Below are positions 25,501 to 40,600 of a stretch of DNA of 64,000 bases, piece after piece. Numbering within the stretch: position 1 is the stretch's first letter; the number at the start of each line of letters is the position of its first letter. The notes beneath the pieces were generated by a model, which saw nothing but the letters and a program-made list of their open reading frames with translations, was not told the origin of the DNA and ran no database searches. The stretch is from Eledone cirrhosa (lineage: Eukaryota). The DNA is taken from contig CAXHJY010000523.1 in the NCBI GenBank assembly GCA_964016885.1, positions 1-64,000 on the forward strand, read 5' to 3'. The position numbers and the translations under genes are program-made.

Positions 25501-28500
25501 CAGTAAGACACACGCACACAGGCTGAATAACCACAGTGACACTAGTTGACTTTATCACACACATACGGGCTGAATATCCACAGTGACGCTGGTTGACAGT
25601 AACACACACACACACACACAGGCTGAATATCCAAAGTGACACGAGTTGACAGTAAGACACACACACACGCAGGCTGAGTATTCACAGTGACACTAGTTGA
25701 CAGTAAGACACACAGAGGCTGAATATCTACAGTGACACTAGTTGACAGTAAGACACACACAGGCTGAATATCCACAGTGACACTAGTTGAGAATAAGACA
25801 CACACACAGAGGCTGAATAACCACAGTGATACTAGTTGACTTTATCACACACACACAGGCTGAATATCCACACTGACACTAGCTGACAGTAAGACACACA
25901 CACACAGACTGAGTATCCACAGTGACACTAGTTGACAGTAAGACAGACAAAGGCTGAATATCAACAGTGACACTAGTTGACAGTAAGACACACATACACA
26001 GGCTGAAAATCCACAGTGACACTAGTTGACAGTAAGACACACACACACAGGTCGAATATCCACAGTGACACTAGTTGACAGTAAGACACACACACACAGA
26101 CTGAATATCCACAGTGACATTAGCTGACAGTAAGACACACACACACACAGGCTGAATAACCACAGTGACACTAGTTGACAGTAAGACACACACAGGTCGA
26201 ATATCCACAGTGACACTAGTTGACAGTAAGACACACACACACAGACTGAATATCTACAGTGACATTGCTGACAGTAAGACACACACACACAGACTGAGTA
26301 ATCACAGTGACACTAGTTGACAGTAAGACACACAGAGGCTGAATATCCACAGTGACACTAGTTGACAGTAAGACACACACAGGCTTAATATCAACAGTGA
26401 CACTAGTTGACAGTAAGACACACACACACAGGCTGAATAACCACAGTGACACTAGTTGACTGTATCACACACATACGGGCTGAATACCCACAGTGACACT
26501 AGTTGACAGTAAGACACACACACATACAGGCTGAATATCCACAGTGACACTCGTTGACAGTAAGACACACACACACACAGGCTGAATATCCACAGTAACA
26601 CCAGCTGACAGTAAGACTCACACAAGCTGAATATCCACAGTGACACTATTTGACAGTAAGACACACACACAGGTTGAATATCCACAGTGACACTAGTTGA
26701 CAGTAGGACACACACACACACAGGCTGAATATCCACAGTGACAGTAGTTGACAGTAAGACACACGCACACAGGCTGAATATCCACAGAGACACTAGTTGA
26801 CAGAAAGACACACACACACACACACAGGCTGAATATCGACAGTGACACTAGTTGACAGTAAGACACACACACACAGGCTGAATATCAACAGTGACACTAG
26901 TTGACAGCAAGACACACACAGGCTGAATATCCACAGTGACACTAGTTGGCAGTAAGACACACACACACACACAGGCTGAATATCCAGGGTGACCCAAGTT
27001 GACAGTAAGACACACACACACAGGCTGAATATCCACAGTGACACTAGTTGACAGTAAGACAGACACACACAGGCTGAATATCCACAGTGACACTAGTTGA
27101 CAGTAAGACACACACAAGCTGAATATCCACAGTGACACTAGTTGACAATAAGACACACACACACACAGACTGAATATCCACAGTGACATTGCTGACAGTA
27201 AGACACACACACACAGACTGAGTATTCACAGTGACACTACTTGACAGTAAGACACACAGAGGTTGAATATCCACAGTGACACTAGTTGACAGTAAGACAC
27301 ACACAGGCTGAATATCAACAGTGACACTAGTTGACAGTAAGACACACACACACAGGCTGAATATCCACAGTGACACTTGTTGACTGTAAGACACACGCAC
27401 ACAGGCTGAATATCCACAGTGACACTAGATGGCAGTAAGACACACACAAGCTGAATATCCACAGTGACACTAGTTGACAATAAGACACACACACACACAG
27501 GCTGAATATCCACAGTGACACTAGTTGACAGTAAGACACACACACACACACAGGCTGAATATTCACAGTGACACAAGTTGACAGTAAGACACACACACAC
27601 AGGCTGAATATCTACAGTGACACTAGTTGACAGTAAGACACACGCACACAGGCTGAATATCCACAGTGACACTAGCTGACAGTAAGACACACACACACAG
27701 GTTGAATATCCACACTGACACTGGTTCACAGTAAGACACACACACACAGGTTGAATATCCACAGTGACACTAGTTGACAGTAAGACACACACAGGCTTAA
27801 TATCAACAGTGACACTAGTTGACAGTAAGACACACAGGCTGAATATCCACAGTGACGCTGGTTGACAGTAACACACACACACACAGGCTGAATATCCAAA
27901 GTGACACGAGTTGACAGTAAGACACACACACACACAGGCTGAGTATTCACAGTGACACTAGTTGACAGTAAGACACACAGAGGCTGAATATCCACAGTGA
28001 CACTAGTTGACAGTAAGACACACACAGGCTGAATATCAACAGTGACAATAGTTGACAGTAAGGCACACACACACAGGCTGAATATCCACAGTGACACTAG
28101 TTGACAGTAAGACACACGCACACAGGCTGAATAACCACAGTGACACTAGTTGACTTTATCACACACATACGGGCTGAATATCCACAGTGACGCTGGTTGA
28201 CAGTAACACACACACACACACACAGGCTGAATATCCAAAGTGACACAAGTTGACAGTAAGACACACAGACACGCAGGCTGAGTATTCACAGTGACACTAG
28301 TTGACAGTAAGACACACAGAGGCTGAATATCTACAGTGACACTAGTTGACAGTAAGACACACACAGGCTGAATATCCACAGTGACACTAGTTGAGAGTAA
28401 GACACACACACAGAGGCTGAATAACCACAGTGACACTAGTTGACTTTATCACACACACACAGGCTGAATATCCACACTGACACTAGCTGACAGTAAGACA

Positions 28501-31497
28501 CACACAGGCTGAATATCCACAGTGACACTAGTTGACAGTAATACAGACACACACGCAGGCTGAATATCCACAGTGACACTAGTTGACAGTAAGACAGACA
28601 CACACACAGGCTGAATATCCACAGTGACACTAGTTGACAGTAAGACACACACACACAGACTGAGTATCCACAGTGACACTAGTTGACAGTAAGACAGACA
28701 AAGGCTGAATATCAACAGTGATACTAGTTGACAGTAAGACACACATACACAGGCTGAAAATCCACAGTGACACTAGTTGACAGTAAGACACACACACACA
28801 GGTCGAATATCCACAGTGACACTAGTTGACAGTAAGACACACACACACAGACTGAATATCCACAGTGACATTAGCTGACAGTAAGACACACACACACACA
28901 GGCTGAATAACCACAGTGACACTAGTTGACAGTAAGACACACACAGGTCGAATATCCACAGTGACACTAGTTGACAGTAAGACACACACACACAGACTGA
29001 ATATCTACAGTGACATTGCTGACAGTAAGACACACACACACAGACTGAGTAATCACAGTGACACAAGTTGACAGTAAGACACACAGAGGCTGAATATCCA
29101 CAGTGACACTAGTTGACAGTAAGACACACACACACAGGCTGAATAACCACAGTGACACTAGTTGACTGTATCACACACATACGGGCTGAATACCCACAGT
29201 GACACTAGTTGACAGTAAGACACATACACATACAGGCTGAATATCCACAGTGACACTCGTTGACAGTAAGACACACACACACACAGGCTGAATATCCACA
29301 GTAACACCAGCTGACAGTAAGACTCACACAAGCTGAATATCCACAGTGACACTATTTGACAGTAAGACACACACACAGGTTGAATATCCACAGTGACACT
29401 AGTTGACAGTAGGACACACACACACACAGGCTGAATATCCACAGTGACAGTAGTTGACAGTAAGACACACGCACACAGGCTGAATATCAACAGTGACACT
29501 AGTTGACAGCAAGACACACACAGGCTGAATATCCACAGTGACACTAGTTGGCTGTAAGACACACAAACACACACAGGCTGAATATCCAGGGTGACCCAAG
29601 TTGACAGTAAGACACACACACACAGGCTGAATATCCACAGTGACACTAGTTGACAGTAAGACAGACACACACAGGCTGAATATCCACAGTGACACTAGTT
29701 GACAATAAGACACACACACACAGACTGAATATCCACAGTGACATTGCTGACAGTAAGACACACACACACACAGACTGAGTATTCACAGTGACACTACTTG
29801 ACAGCAAGACACACAGAGGCTGAATATCCACAGTGACACTAGTTGACAGTAAGACACACACAGGCTGAATATCAACAGTGACACTAGTTGACAGTAAGAC
29901 ACACACACACAGGCTGAATAACCACAGTGACACTAGTTGACTGTATCACACACATACGGGCTGAATAACCACAGTGACACTAGTTGACAGTAAGATAGAC
30001 ACACACAGGCTGAATATCCACAGTGACACTAGTTGACAGTAAGACACACACACACAGTCTGAATATCCACAGTGACATTGCTGACAGTAAGACACACACA
30101 CACACAGACTGAGTATTCACAGTGACACTACTTGACAGTAAGACACACAGAGGCTGAATATCCACAGTGACACTAGTTGACAGTAAGACACACACACAGA
30201 CTGAATATCCACAGTGACACTAGCTGACAGTAAGACACACACACACAGGCTGAATATCCACAGTGACACTAGTTGACAGTAAGACACACACACACAGGTT
30301 GAATATTCACACTGACACTAGCTGACAGTAAGACACACACACACAGGCTGAATATCCACAGTGACACTAGTTGACAGTAAGACACACACAGGCTGAATAT
30401 CCACAGTGACACTAGTTGACAGTAAGACACACACACACAGGCTGAATATCCACAGTGACACTAGTTGACAGTAAGACATACACACACAGGTTGAATATTC
30501 ACACTGACACTAGCTGACAGTAAGACACACACACACAGGCTGAATATCCACAGTGACACTAGTTGACAGTAAGACACACACAGGCTGAATATCCACAGTG
30601 ACACTAGTTGACAGTAAGACACACACACACAGGCTGAATATCCACAGTGACACTAGTTGACAGTAAGACACACACACACAGGTTGAATATTCACACTGAC
30701 ACTAGCTGACAGTAAGACACACACACACAGGCTGAATATCCACAGTGACACTAGTTGACAGTAAGACACACACACCCAGGCTGAATATCCACAGTGACAC
30801 TAGTTGACAGTAAGACACACACACACAGGCTGAATATCCACAGTGACACTAGTTGACAGTAAGACACACCCAGGCTGAATATACAGAATGACACTAGTTG
30901 ACAATAAGACACACACACACAGGCTGAATATCCACAGTGACACTAGTTGACAGTAAGACACACACACACAGGTTGAATATCCATAGTGACACTAGTTGAC
31001 AGTAAGACACACACACACAGGTTGAATATCCACAGTGATACTAGTTGACAGTAAGACACACACACACAGGTTGAATATCCAGTGACACTAGTTGACAGTA
31101 AGACACACACACACAGGTTGAATATCCACAGTGACACTAGTTGACAGTAAGACACACACACACACACACTGGCTGAATATCCACAGTGACACTAGTTGAC
31201 AGTAAGACACACACACAGAGGTTGAATATCGACACTGACACTAGCTGACAGTAAGACACACACAGGCTGAATATCCACAGTGACACTAGTTGACAGTAAG
31301 ACACACACACACAGGTTGAATATCCACAGTTACACTAGTTGACAGTAAGACACACACACACACAGGCTGAATATCCAAAGTGACACTAGTTGACAGTAAG
31401 ACACACACACACAGGCTGAATGTCCACAGTGACACTAGTTGACAGCAAGACACACACGCACAGGCTGAATATCCACAGTGACACTAGTTGACAGTAA

Positions 31498-31533
<36 letters not shown>

Positions 31534-31619
31534 CTGAATATCCACAGTGACACTAGTTGACAGTAAGACACACGCACACAGGCTGAATATCCACAGTGGC
31601 ACTAATTGACGGTAAGACA

Positions 31620-34600
31620 CACACACACAGGCTGAATATCCACAGTGACACCAGTTGAAAGTAAGACACACACTCACACGGGCTGAATATCCACAGTGAC
31701 ACTAGTTGACAGTAAGACACACACACACGAGCTGAATATCCACAGTGACACCAGTTGAAAGTAAGACACACACACACACAGGCTGAATATCCACAGTGAC
31801 ACTAGTTGACAGTAAGACACACTCACACAGGCTGAATATCCAGTGACACTAGTTGACAGTAAGACACACAGAGGCTGAATATCCATAGTGACACTAGCTG
31901 ACAGTAAGACACACACAGGCTGAATATCCACAGTGACACTAGTTGACAGTAAGACACACACACACACACACAGGCTGAATATCCACATTGACACTAGTTG
32001 ACAGTAATACACACACGGACAGCCTGAATATCAACAGTGACACTAGTTGACTGTAAGACACACACGGGCTGAATATCCACAGTGACACTAGTTGACGGTA
32101 AGACACACACACACAGGCTGAATATCCACAGTGACACTAGTTGAGAGTAAGACACACACACACACAGGCTGAATATCCACAGTGGCACTAGTTGACAGTA
32201 AGACACACACACACAGGCTGAATATCAACAGTGACACTAGTTGACTGAAAGACACACACAGGCTGAATGTCCACAGTGACACTAGTTGACGGTAAGACAC
32301 ACACACACAGGCTGAATATCCACAGTGACACTAGTTGACAGTAAGACACACACACACAGGCTGAATATCCACAGTGACACTAGTTGACAGTAAGACACAC
32401 CCAGGCTGAATATACAGAATGACACTAGTTGACAATAAGACACACACACACAGGCTGAATATCCACAGTGACACTAGTTGACAGTAAGACACACACACAC
32501 AGGTTGAATATCCACAGTGATACTAGTTGACAGTAAGACACACACACACAGGTTGAATATCCATTGACACTAGTTGACAGTAAGACACACACACACAGGT
32601 TGAATATCCACAGTGACACTAGTTGACAGTAAGACACACACACACACACACTGGCTGAATATCCACAGTGACACTAGTTGACAGTAAGACACACACACAG
32701 AGGTTGAATATCCACACTGACACTAGCTGACAGTAAGATACACACAGGCTGAATATCCACAGTGACACTAGTTGACAGTAAGACACACACACACAGGTTG
32801 AATATCCACAGTTACACTAGTTGACAGTAAGACACACACACACACAGGCTGAATATCCAAAGTGACACTAGTTGACAGTAAGACACACACACACAGGCTG
32901 AATGTCCACAGTGACACTAGTTGACAGCAAGACACACGCGCACAGGCTGAATATCCACAGTGACACTAGCTGACTGTAAAACACACACACACAGGCTGAA
33001 TATCCACAATGGCAATAGTTGACAGTAAGACACACACACACGAGCTGAATATCCACAGTGACACCAGTTGAAAGTAAGACACACACACACACAGGCTGAA
33101 TATCCACAGTGACACTAGTTGACAGTAAGACACACTCACACAGGCTGAATATCCAGTGACACTAGTTGACAGTAAGACACACAGAGGCTGAATATCCATA
33201 GTGACACTAGCTGACAGTAAGACACACACAGGCTGAATATCCACAGTGACACTAGTTTAACAGTAAGACACACACACACACACACAGGCTGAATATCCAC
33301 AGTGACACTAGTTGACAGTAATACACACACGCACAGCCTGAATATCAACAGTGACACTAGTTGACTGTAAGACACACACGGGCTGAATATCCACAGTGAC
33401 ACTAGTTGACGGTAAGACACACACACACAGGCTGAATATCCACAGTGACACTAGTTGAGAGTAAGACACACACACACACAGGCTGAATATCCACAGTGGC
33501 ACTGATTGACAGTAAGACACACACACACAGGCTGAATATCAACAGTGACACTAGTTGACTGAAAGACACACACAGGCTGAATGTCCACAGTGACACTAGT
33601 TGACTGTAAGACACACACACACAGGCTGAATATCCACAGTGACACTAACTGACAGTAAGACACACACAGGTTGAATATCAACAGTGATACTCGTTGACAG
33701 TAAGACACACACAGGCTGAATATCCACAGTGACACTACTTGACTGTAAGACACACAGGCTGAATATCCATAGTGACACTAGTTGACAGTAAGACACACAC
33801 ACACACAGGCTGAATATCCACAGTGACACTAGTTGACAGTAAGACACACACACACATACTGAATATCCACAGTGACACTAGTTGACAGTAAGACACACAC
33901 ACACAGACTGAATATCTACAGTGACATTGCTGACAGTAAGACACACACACACAGACTGAGTAATCACAGTGACACTAGTTGACAGTAAGACACACAGAGG
34001 CTGAATATCCACAGTGACACTAGTTGACAGTAAGACACACACACACAGGCTGAATAACCACAGTGACACTAGTTGACTGTATCACACACATACGGGCTGA
34101 ATACCCACAGTGACACTAGTTGACAGTAAGACACACACACATACAGGCTGAATATCCACAGTGACACTCGTTGACAGTAAGACACACACACACACAGGCT
34201 GAATATCCACAGTAACACTAGCCGACAGTAAGACTCACACAAGCTGAATATCTACAGTGACACTATTTGACAGTAAGACACACACACAGGTTGAATATCC
34301 ACAGTGACAGTAGTTGACAGTAAGACACACGCACACAGGCTGAATATCCACAGAGACACTAGTTGACAGAAAGACACACACACACACAGGCTGAATATCG
34401 ACAGTGACACTAGTTGACAGTAAGACACACACACACAGGCTGAATATACACAGTGACAGTAGTTGACAGTAAGACACACGCACACAGGCTGAATATCCAC
34501 AGAGACACTAGTTGACAGAAAGACACACACACACACAGGCTGAATATCCACAGTGACACTAGTTGACAGTAAGACACACACACACAGGCTGAATATCCAC

Positions 34601-34621
34601 AATGACACTAGTTGACAGTAA

Positions 34622-34659
<38 letters not shown>

Positions 34660-37600
34660 CTGAATATCCACAGTGACACTAGTTGACAGTAAGACACACG
34701 CACACAGGCTGAATATCCACAGTGACACCAGTTGAAAGTAAGACACACACTCACACGGGCTGAATATCCACAGTGACACTAGTTGACAGTAAGACACACA
34801 CACACGAGCTGAATATCCACAGTGACACCAGTTGAAAGTAAGACACACACACACACAGGCTGAATATCCACAGTGACACTAGTTGACAGTAAGACACACT
34901 CACACAGGCTGAATATCCAGTGACACTAGTTGACAGTAAGACACACAGAGGCTGAATATCCATAGTGACACTAGCTGACAGTAAGACACACACAGGCTGA
35001 ATATCCACAGTGACACTAGTTGACAGTAAGACACACACACACACACACAGGCTGAATATCCACAGTGACACTAGTTGACAGTAATACACACACGGACAGC
35101 CTGAATATCAACAGTGACACTAGTTGACTGTAAGACACACACGGGCTGAATATCCACAGTGACACTAGTTGACGGTAAGACACACACACACAGGCTGAAT
35201 ATCCACAGTGACACTAGTTGAGAGTAAGACACACACACACACAGGCTGAATATCCACAGTGGCACTAGTTGACAGTAAGACACACACACACAGGCTGAAT
35301 ATCAACAGTGACACTAGTTGACTGAAAGACACACACAGGCTGAATGTCCACAGTGACACTAGTTGACGGTAAGACACACACACACAGGCTGAATATCCAC
35401 AGTGACACTAGTTGACAGTAAGACACACACACACAGGCTGAATATCCACAGTGACACTAGTTGACAGTAAGACACACCCAGGCTGAATATACAGAATGAC
35501 ACTAGTTGACAATAAGACACACACACACAGGCTGAATATCCACAGTGACACTAGTTGACAGTAAGACACACACACACAGGTTGAATATCCATAGTCACAC
35601 TAGTTGACAGTAAGACACACACACACAGGTTGAATATCCACAGTGATACTAGTTGACAGTAAGACACACACACACAGGTTGAATATCCATTGACACTAGT
35701 TGACAGTAAGACACACACACACAGGTTGAATATCCACAGTGACACTAGTTGACAGTAAGACACACACACACACACACTGGCTGAATATCCACAGTGACAC
35801 TAGTTGACAGTAAGACACACACACAGAGGTTGAATATCCACACTGACACTAGCTGTCAGTAAGATACACACAGGCTGAATATCCACAGTGACACTAGTTG
35901 ACAGTAAGACACACACACACAGGTTGAATATCCACAGTTACACTAGTTGACAGTAAGACACACACACACACAGGCTGAATATCCAAAGTGACACTAGTTG
36001 ACAGTAAGACACACACACACAGGCTGAATGTCCACAGTGACACTAGTTGACAGCAAGACACACGCGCACAGGCTGAATATCCACAGTGACACTAGCTGAC
36101 TGTAAAACACACACACACAGGCTGAATATCCACAATGGCAATAGTTGACAGTAAGACACACACACACGAGCTGAATATCCACAGTGACACCAGTTGAAAG
36201 TAAGACACACACACACACAGGCTGAATATCCACAGTGACACTAGTTGACAGTAAGACACACTCACACAGGCTGAATATCCAGTGACACTACTTGACAGTA
36301 AGACACACAGAGGCTGAATATCCATAGTGACACTAGCTGACAGTAAGACACACACAGGCTGAATATCCACAGTGACACTAGTTTAACAGTAAGACACACA
36401 CACACACACACAGGCTGAATATCCACAGTGACACTAGTTGACAGTAATACACACACGCACAGCCTGAATATCAACAGTGACACTAGTTGACTGTAAGACA
36501 CACACGGGCTGAATATCCACAGTGACACTAGTTGACGGTAAGACACACACACACAGGCTGAATATCCACAGTGACACTAGTTGAGAGTAAGACACACACA
36601 CACACAGGCTGAATATCCACAGTGGCACTAATTGACAGTAAGACACACACACACAGGCTGAATATCAACAGTGACACTAGTTGACTGAAAGACACACACA
36701 GGCTGAATGTCCACAGTGACACTAGTTGACTGTAAGACACACACACACAGGCTGAATATCCACAGTGACACTAACTGACAGTAAGACACACACAGGTTGA
36801 ATATCAACAGTGATACTCGTTGACAGTAAGACACACACAGGCTGAATATCCACAGTGACACTACTTGACTGTAAGACACACAGGCTGAATATCCATAGTG
36901 ACACTAGTTGACAGTAAGACACACACACACACAGGCTGAATATCCACAGTGACACTAGTTGACAGTAAGGCACACACACACATACTGAATATCCACAGTG
37001 ACACTAGTTGACAGTAAGACACACACACACAGACTGAATATCTACAGTGACATTGCTGACAGTAAGACACACACACACAGACTGAGTAATCACAGTGACA
37101 CTAGTTGACAGTAAGAGACACAGAGGCTGAATATCCACAGTGACACTAGTTGACAGTAAGACACACACACACAGGCTGAATAACCACAGTGACACTAGTT
37201 GACTGTATCACACACATACGGGCTGAATACCCACAGTGACACTAGTTGACAGTAAGACACACACACATACAGGCTGAATATCCACAGTGACACTCGTTGA
37301 CAGTAAGACACACACACACACAGGCTGAATATCCACAGTAACACTAGCCGACAGTAAGACTCACACAAGCTGAATATCTACAGTGACACTATTTGACAGT
37401 AAGACACACACACAGGTTGAATATCCACAGTGACAGTAGTTGACAGTAAGACACACGCACACAGGCTGAATATCCACAGAGACACTAGTTGACAGAAAGA
37501 CACACACACACACAGGCTTAATATCGACAGTGACACTAGTTGACAGTAAGACACACACACACAGGCTGAATATCGACAGTGACAGTAGTTGACAGTAAGA

Positions 37601-37690
37601 CACACGCACACAGGCTGAATATCCACAGAGACACTAGTTGACAGAAAGACACACACACACACAGGCTGAATATCGACAGTGACACTAGTT
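31620..37690. repeat. Second tandem duplication of about 3.1 kb (offset 3,077 then 3,126 bp)
   Basis: ORF offsets 31674/34751 and 31994/35071 are 3077; 32868/35994, 33596/36722 and 34235/37361 are 3126. The difference is one 49-bp monomer. Boundaries are approximate. Confidence 0.85.
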
Positions 37691-40600
37691 GACAGTAAGA
37701 CACACACACACAGGCTGAATATCAACAGTGACACTAGTTGACAGCAAGACACACACAGGCTGAATATCCACAGTGACACTAGTTGGCAGTAAGACACACA
37801 CACACACACAGGCTGAATATCCAGGGTGACCCAAGTTGACAGTAAGACACACACACACAGGCTGAATATCCACAGTGACACTAGTTGAAGTAAGACAGAC
37901 ACACACAGGCTGAATATCCACAGTGACACTAGTTGACAGTAAGACACACACACACAGGTTGAATATTCACACTGACACTAGCTGACAGTAAGACACACAC
38001 ACACAGGCTGAATATCCACAGTGACACTAGTTGACAGTAAGACACACACACACAGACTGAATATCCACAGTGACACTAGTTGACAGTAAGACACACACAC
38101 ACAGGCTGAATATCCACAGTGACACTAGTTGACAGTAAGACACACCCAGGCTGAATATACAGAATGACACTAGTTGACAAGAAGACACACACACACAGGC
38201 TGAATATCCACAGTGACACTAGTTGACAGTAAGACACACACACACAGGTTGAATATCCATAGTGACACTAGTTGACAGTAAGACACACACACACAGGTTG
38301 AATATCCACAGTGATACTAGTTGACAGTAAGACACACACACACAGGTTGAATATCCAGTGACACTAGTTGACAGTAAGACACACACACACAGGTTGAATA
38401 TCCACAGTGACACTAGTTGACAGTAAGACACACACACACACACACTGGCTGAATATCCACAGTGACACTAGTTGACAGTAAGACACACACACAGAGGTTG
38501 AATATCCACACTGACACTAGCTGACAGTAAGACACACACAGGCTGAATATCCACAGTGACACTAGTTGACAGTAAGACACACACACACAGGTTGAATATC
38601 CACAGTTACACCAGTTGACAGTAAGACACACACACACAGAGGCTGAATATCCAAAGTGACACTAGTTGACAGTAAGACACACACACACAGGCTGAATGTC
38701 CACAGTGACACTAGTTGACAGCAAGACACACGCGCACAGGCTGAATATCCACAGTTACACTAGCTGACTGTAAAACACAAACACACAGGCTGAATATCCA
38801 CAATGACACTAGTTGACAGTAAGACACACGCACACAGGCTGAATATCAACAGCGACACTAGTTGACAGTAAGACACACACAGGCTTAATATCCACAGTGA
38901 CACTAGTTGACGGTAAGACACACACACACAGGCTGAATATCCACAGTGACGCTAGTTGACAGTAAGACACACTCACACAGGCTGAATATCCACAGTGACA
39001 CTAGTTGACAGTAAGACACACACACACGAGCTGAATATCCACAGTGACACCAGTTGAAAGTAAGACACACACACACACAGGCTGAATATCCACAGTGACA
39101 CTAGTTGACAGTAAGACACACTCACACAGGCTGAATATCCAGTGACACTAGTTGACAGTAAGACACACAGAGGCTGAATATCCATAGTGACACTAGCTGA
39201 CAGTAAGACACACACAGGCTGAATATCCACAGTGACACTAGTTGACAGTAAGACACACACACACACACACAGGCTGAATATCCACAGTGACACTAGTTGA
39301 CAGTAATACACACACGCACAGCCTGAATATCAACAGTGACACTAGTTGACTGTAAGACACACACGGGCTGAATATCCACAGTGACACTAGTTGACGGTAA
39401 GACACACACACACAGGCTGAATATCCACAGTGACACTAGTTGAGAGTAAGACACACACACACACAGGCTGAATATCCACAGTGGCACTAGTTGACAGTAA
39501 GACACACACACACAGGCTGAATATCAACAGTGACACTAGTTGACTGAAAGACACACACAGGCTGAATGTCCACAGTGACACTAACTGACAGTAAGACACA
39601 CACAGGTTGAATATCAACAGTGACACTCGTTGACAGTAAGACACACACAGGCTGAATATCCACAGTGACACTACTTGACTGTAAGACACACAGGCTGAAT
39701 ATCCATAGTGACACTAGTTGACAGTAAGACACACACACACAGGCTGATTATCCACAGTGACACTAGTTGACAGTAAGACACACACACACATACTGAATAT
39801 CCACAGTGACACGAGTTGACAGTAAGACACACACACACGCAGGCTGAATATCCACAGTGACACTAGTTGACTGTAAGACACACAGAGTCTGAATATCCAC
39901 AGTGACACTAGTTGATAGTAAGACACACACACACACGCTGAATAACCACAGTGACACTAGTTGACAGTAAGACACACACACAACGACTGAATATCCACAG
40001 TGACACTAGTTGACAGTAAGACACTAACACACAGCCTGAATATCCCCAGTGACACTAGTTGAGAGTAAGACACACACAGGCTGAATATCCACAGTGACAC
40101 TAGTTGACAGTAAGACACACACACACAGGTTGAATATTCACACTGACACTAGCTGACAGTAAGACACACACACACAGGCTGAATATCCACAGTGACACTA
40201 GTTGACAGTAAGACACACACAGGCTGAATATCCACAGTGACACTGGTTGACAGTAAGACACACACACACAGGTTGAATATTCACACTGACACTAGCTGAC
40301 AGTAAGACACATACACACAGGCTGAATATCCACAGTGACACTAGTTGACAGTAAGACACACACACACAGGCTGAATATCCACAGTGACACTAGTTGAAAG
40401 TAAGACACACACACACAGGCTGAATATCCACAGTGACACTAGTTGACAGTAAGACACACCCAGGCTGAATATACAGAATGACACTAGTTGACAATAAGAC
40501 ACACACACACAGGCTGAATATCCACAGTGACACTAGTTGACAGTAAGACACACACACACAGGTTGAATATCCATAGTGACACTAGTTGACAGTAAGACAC

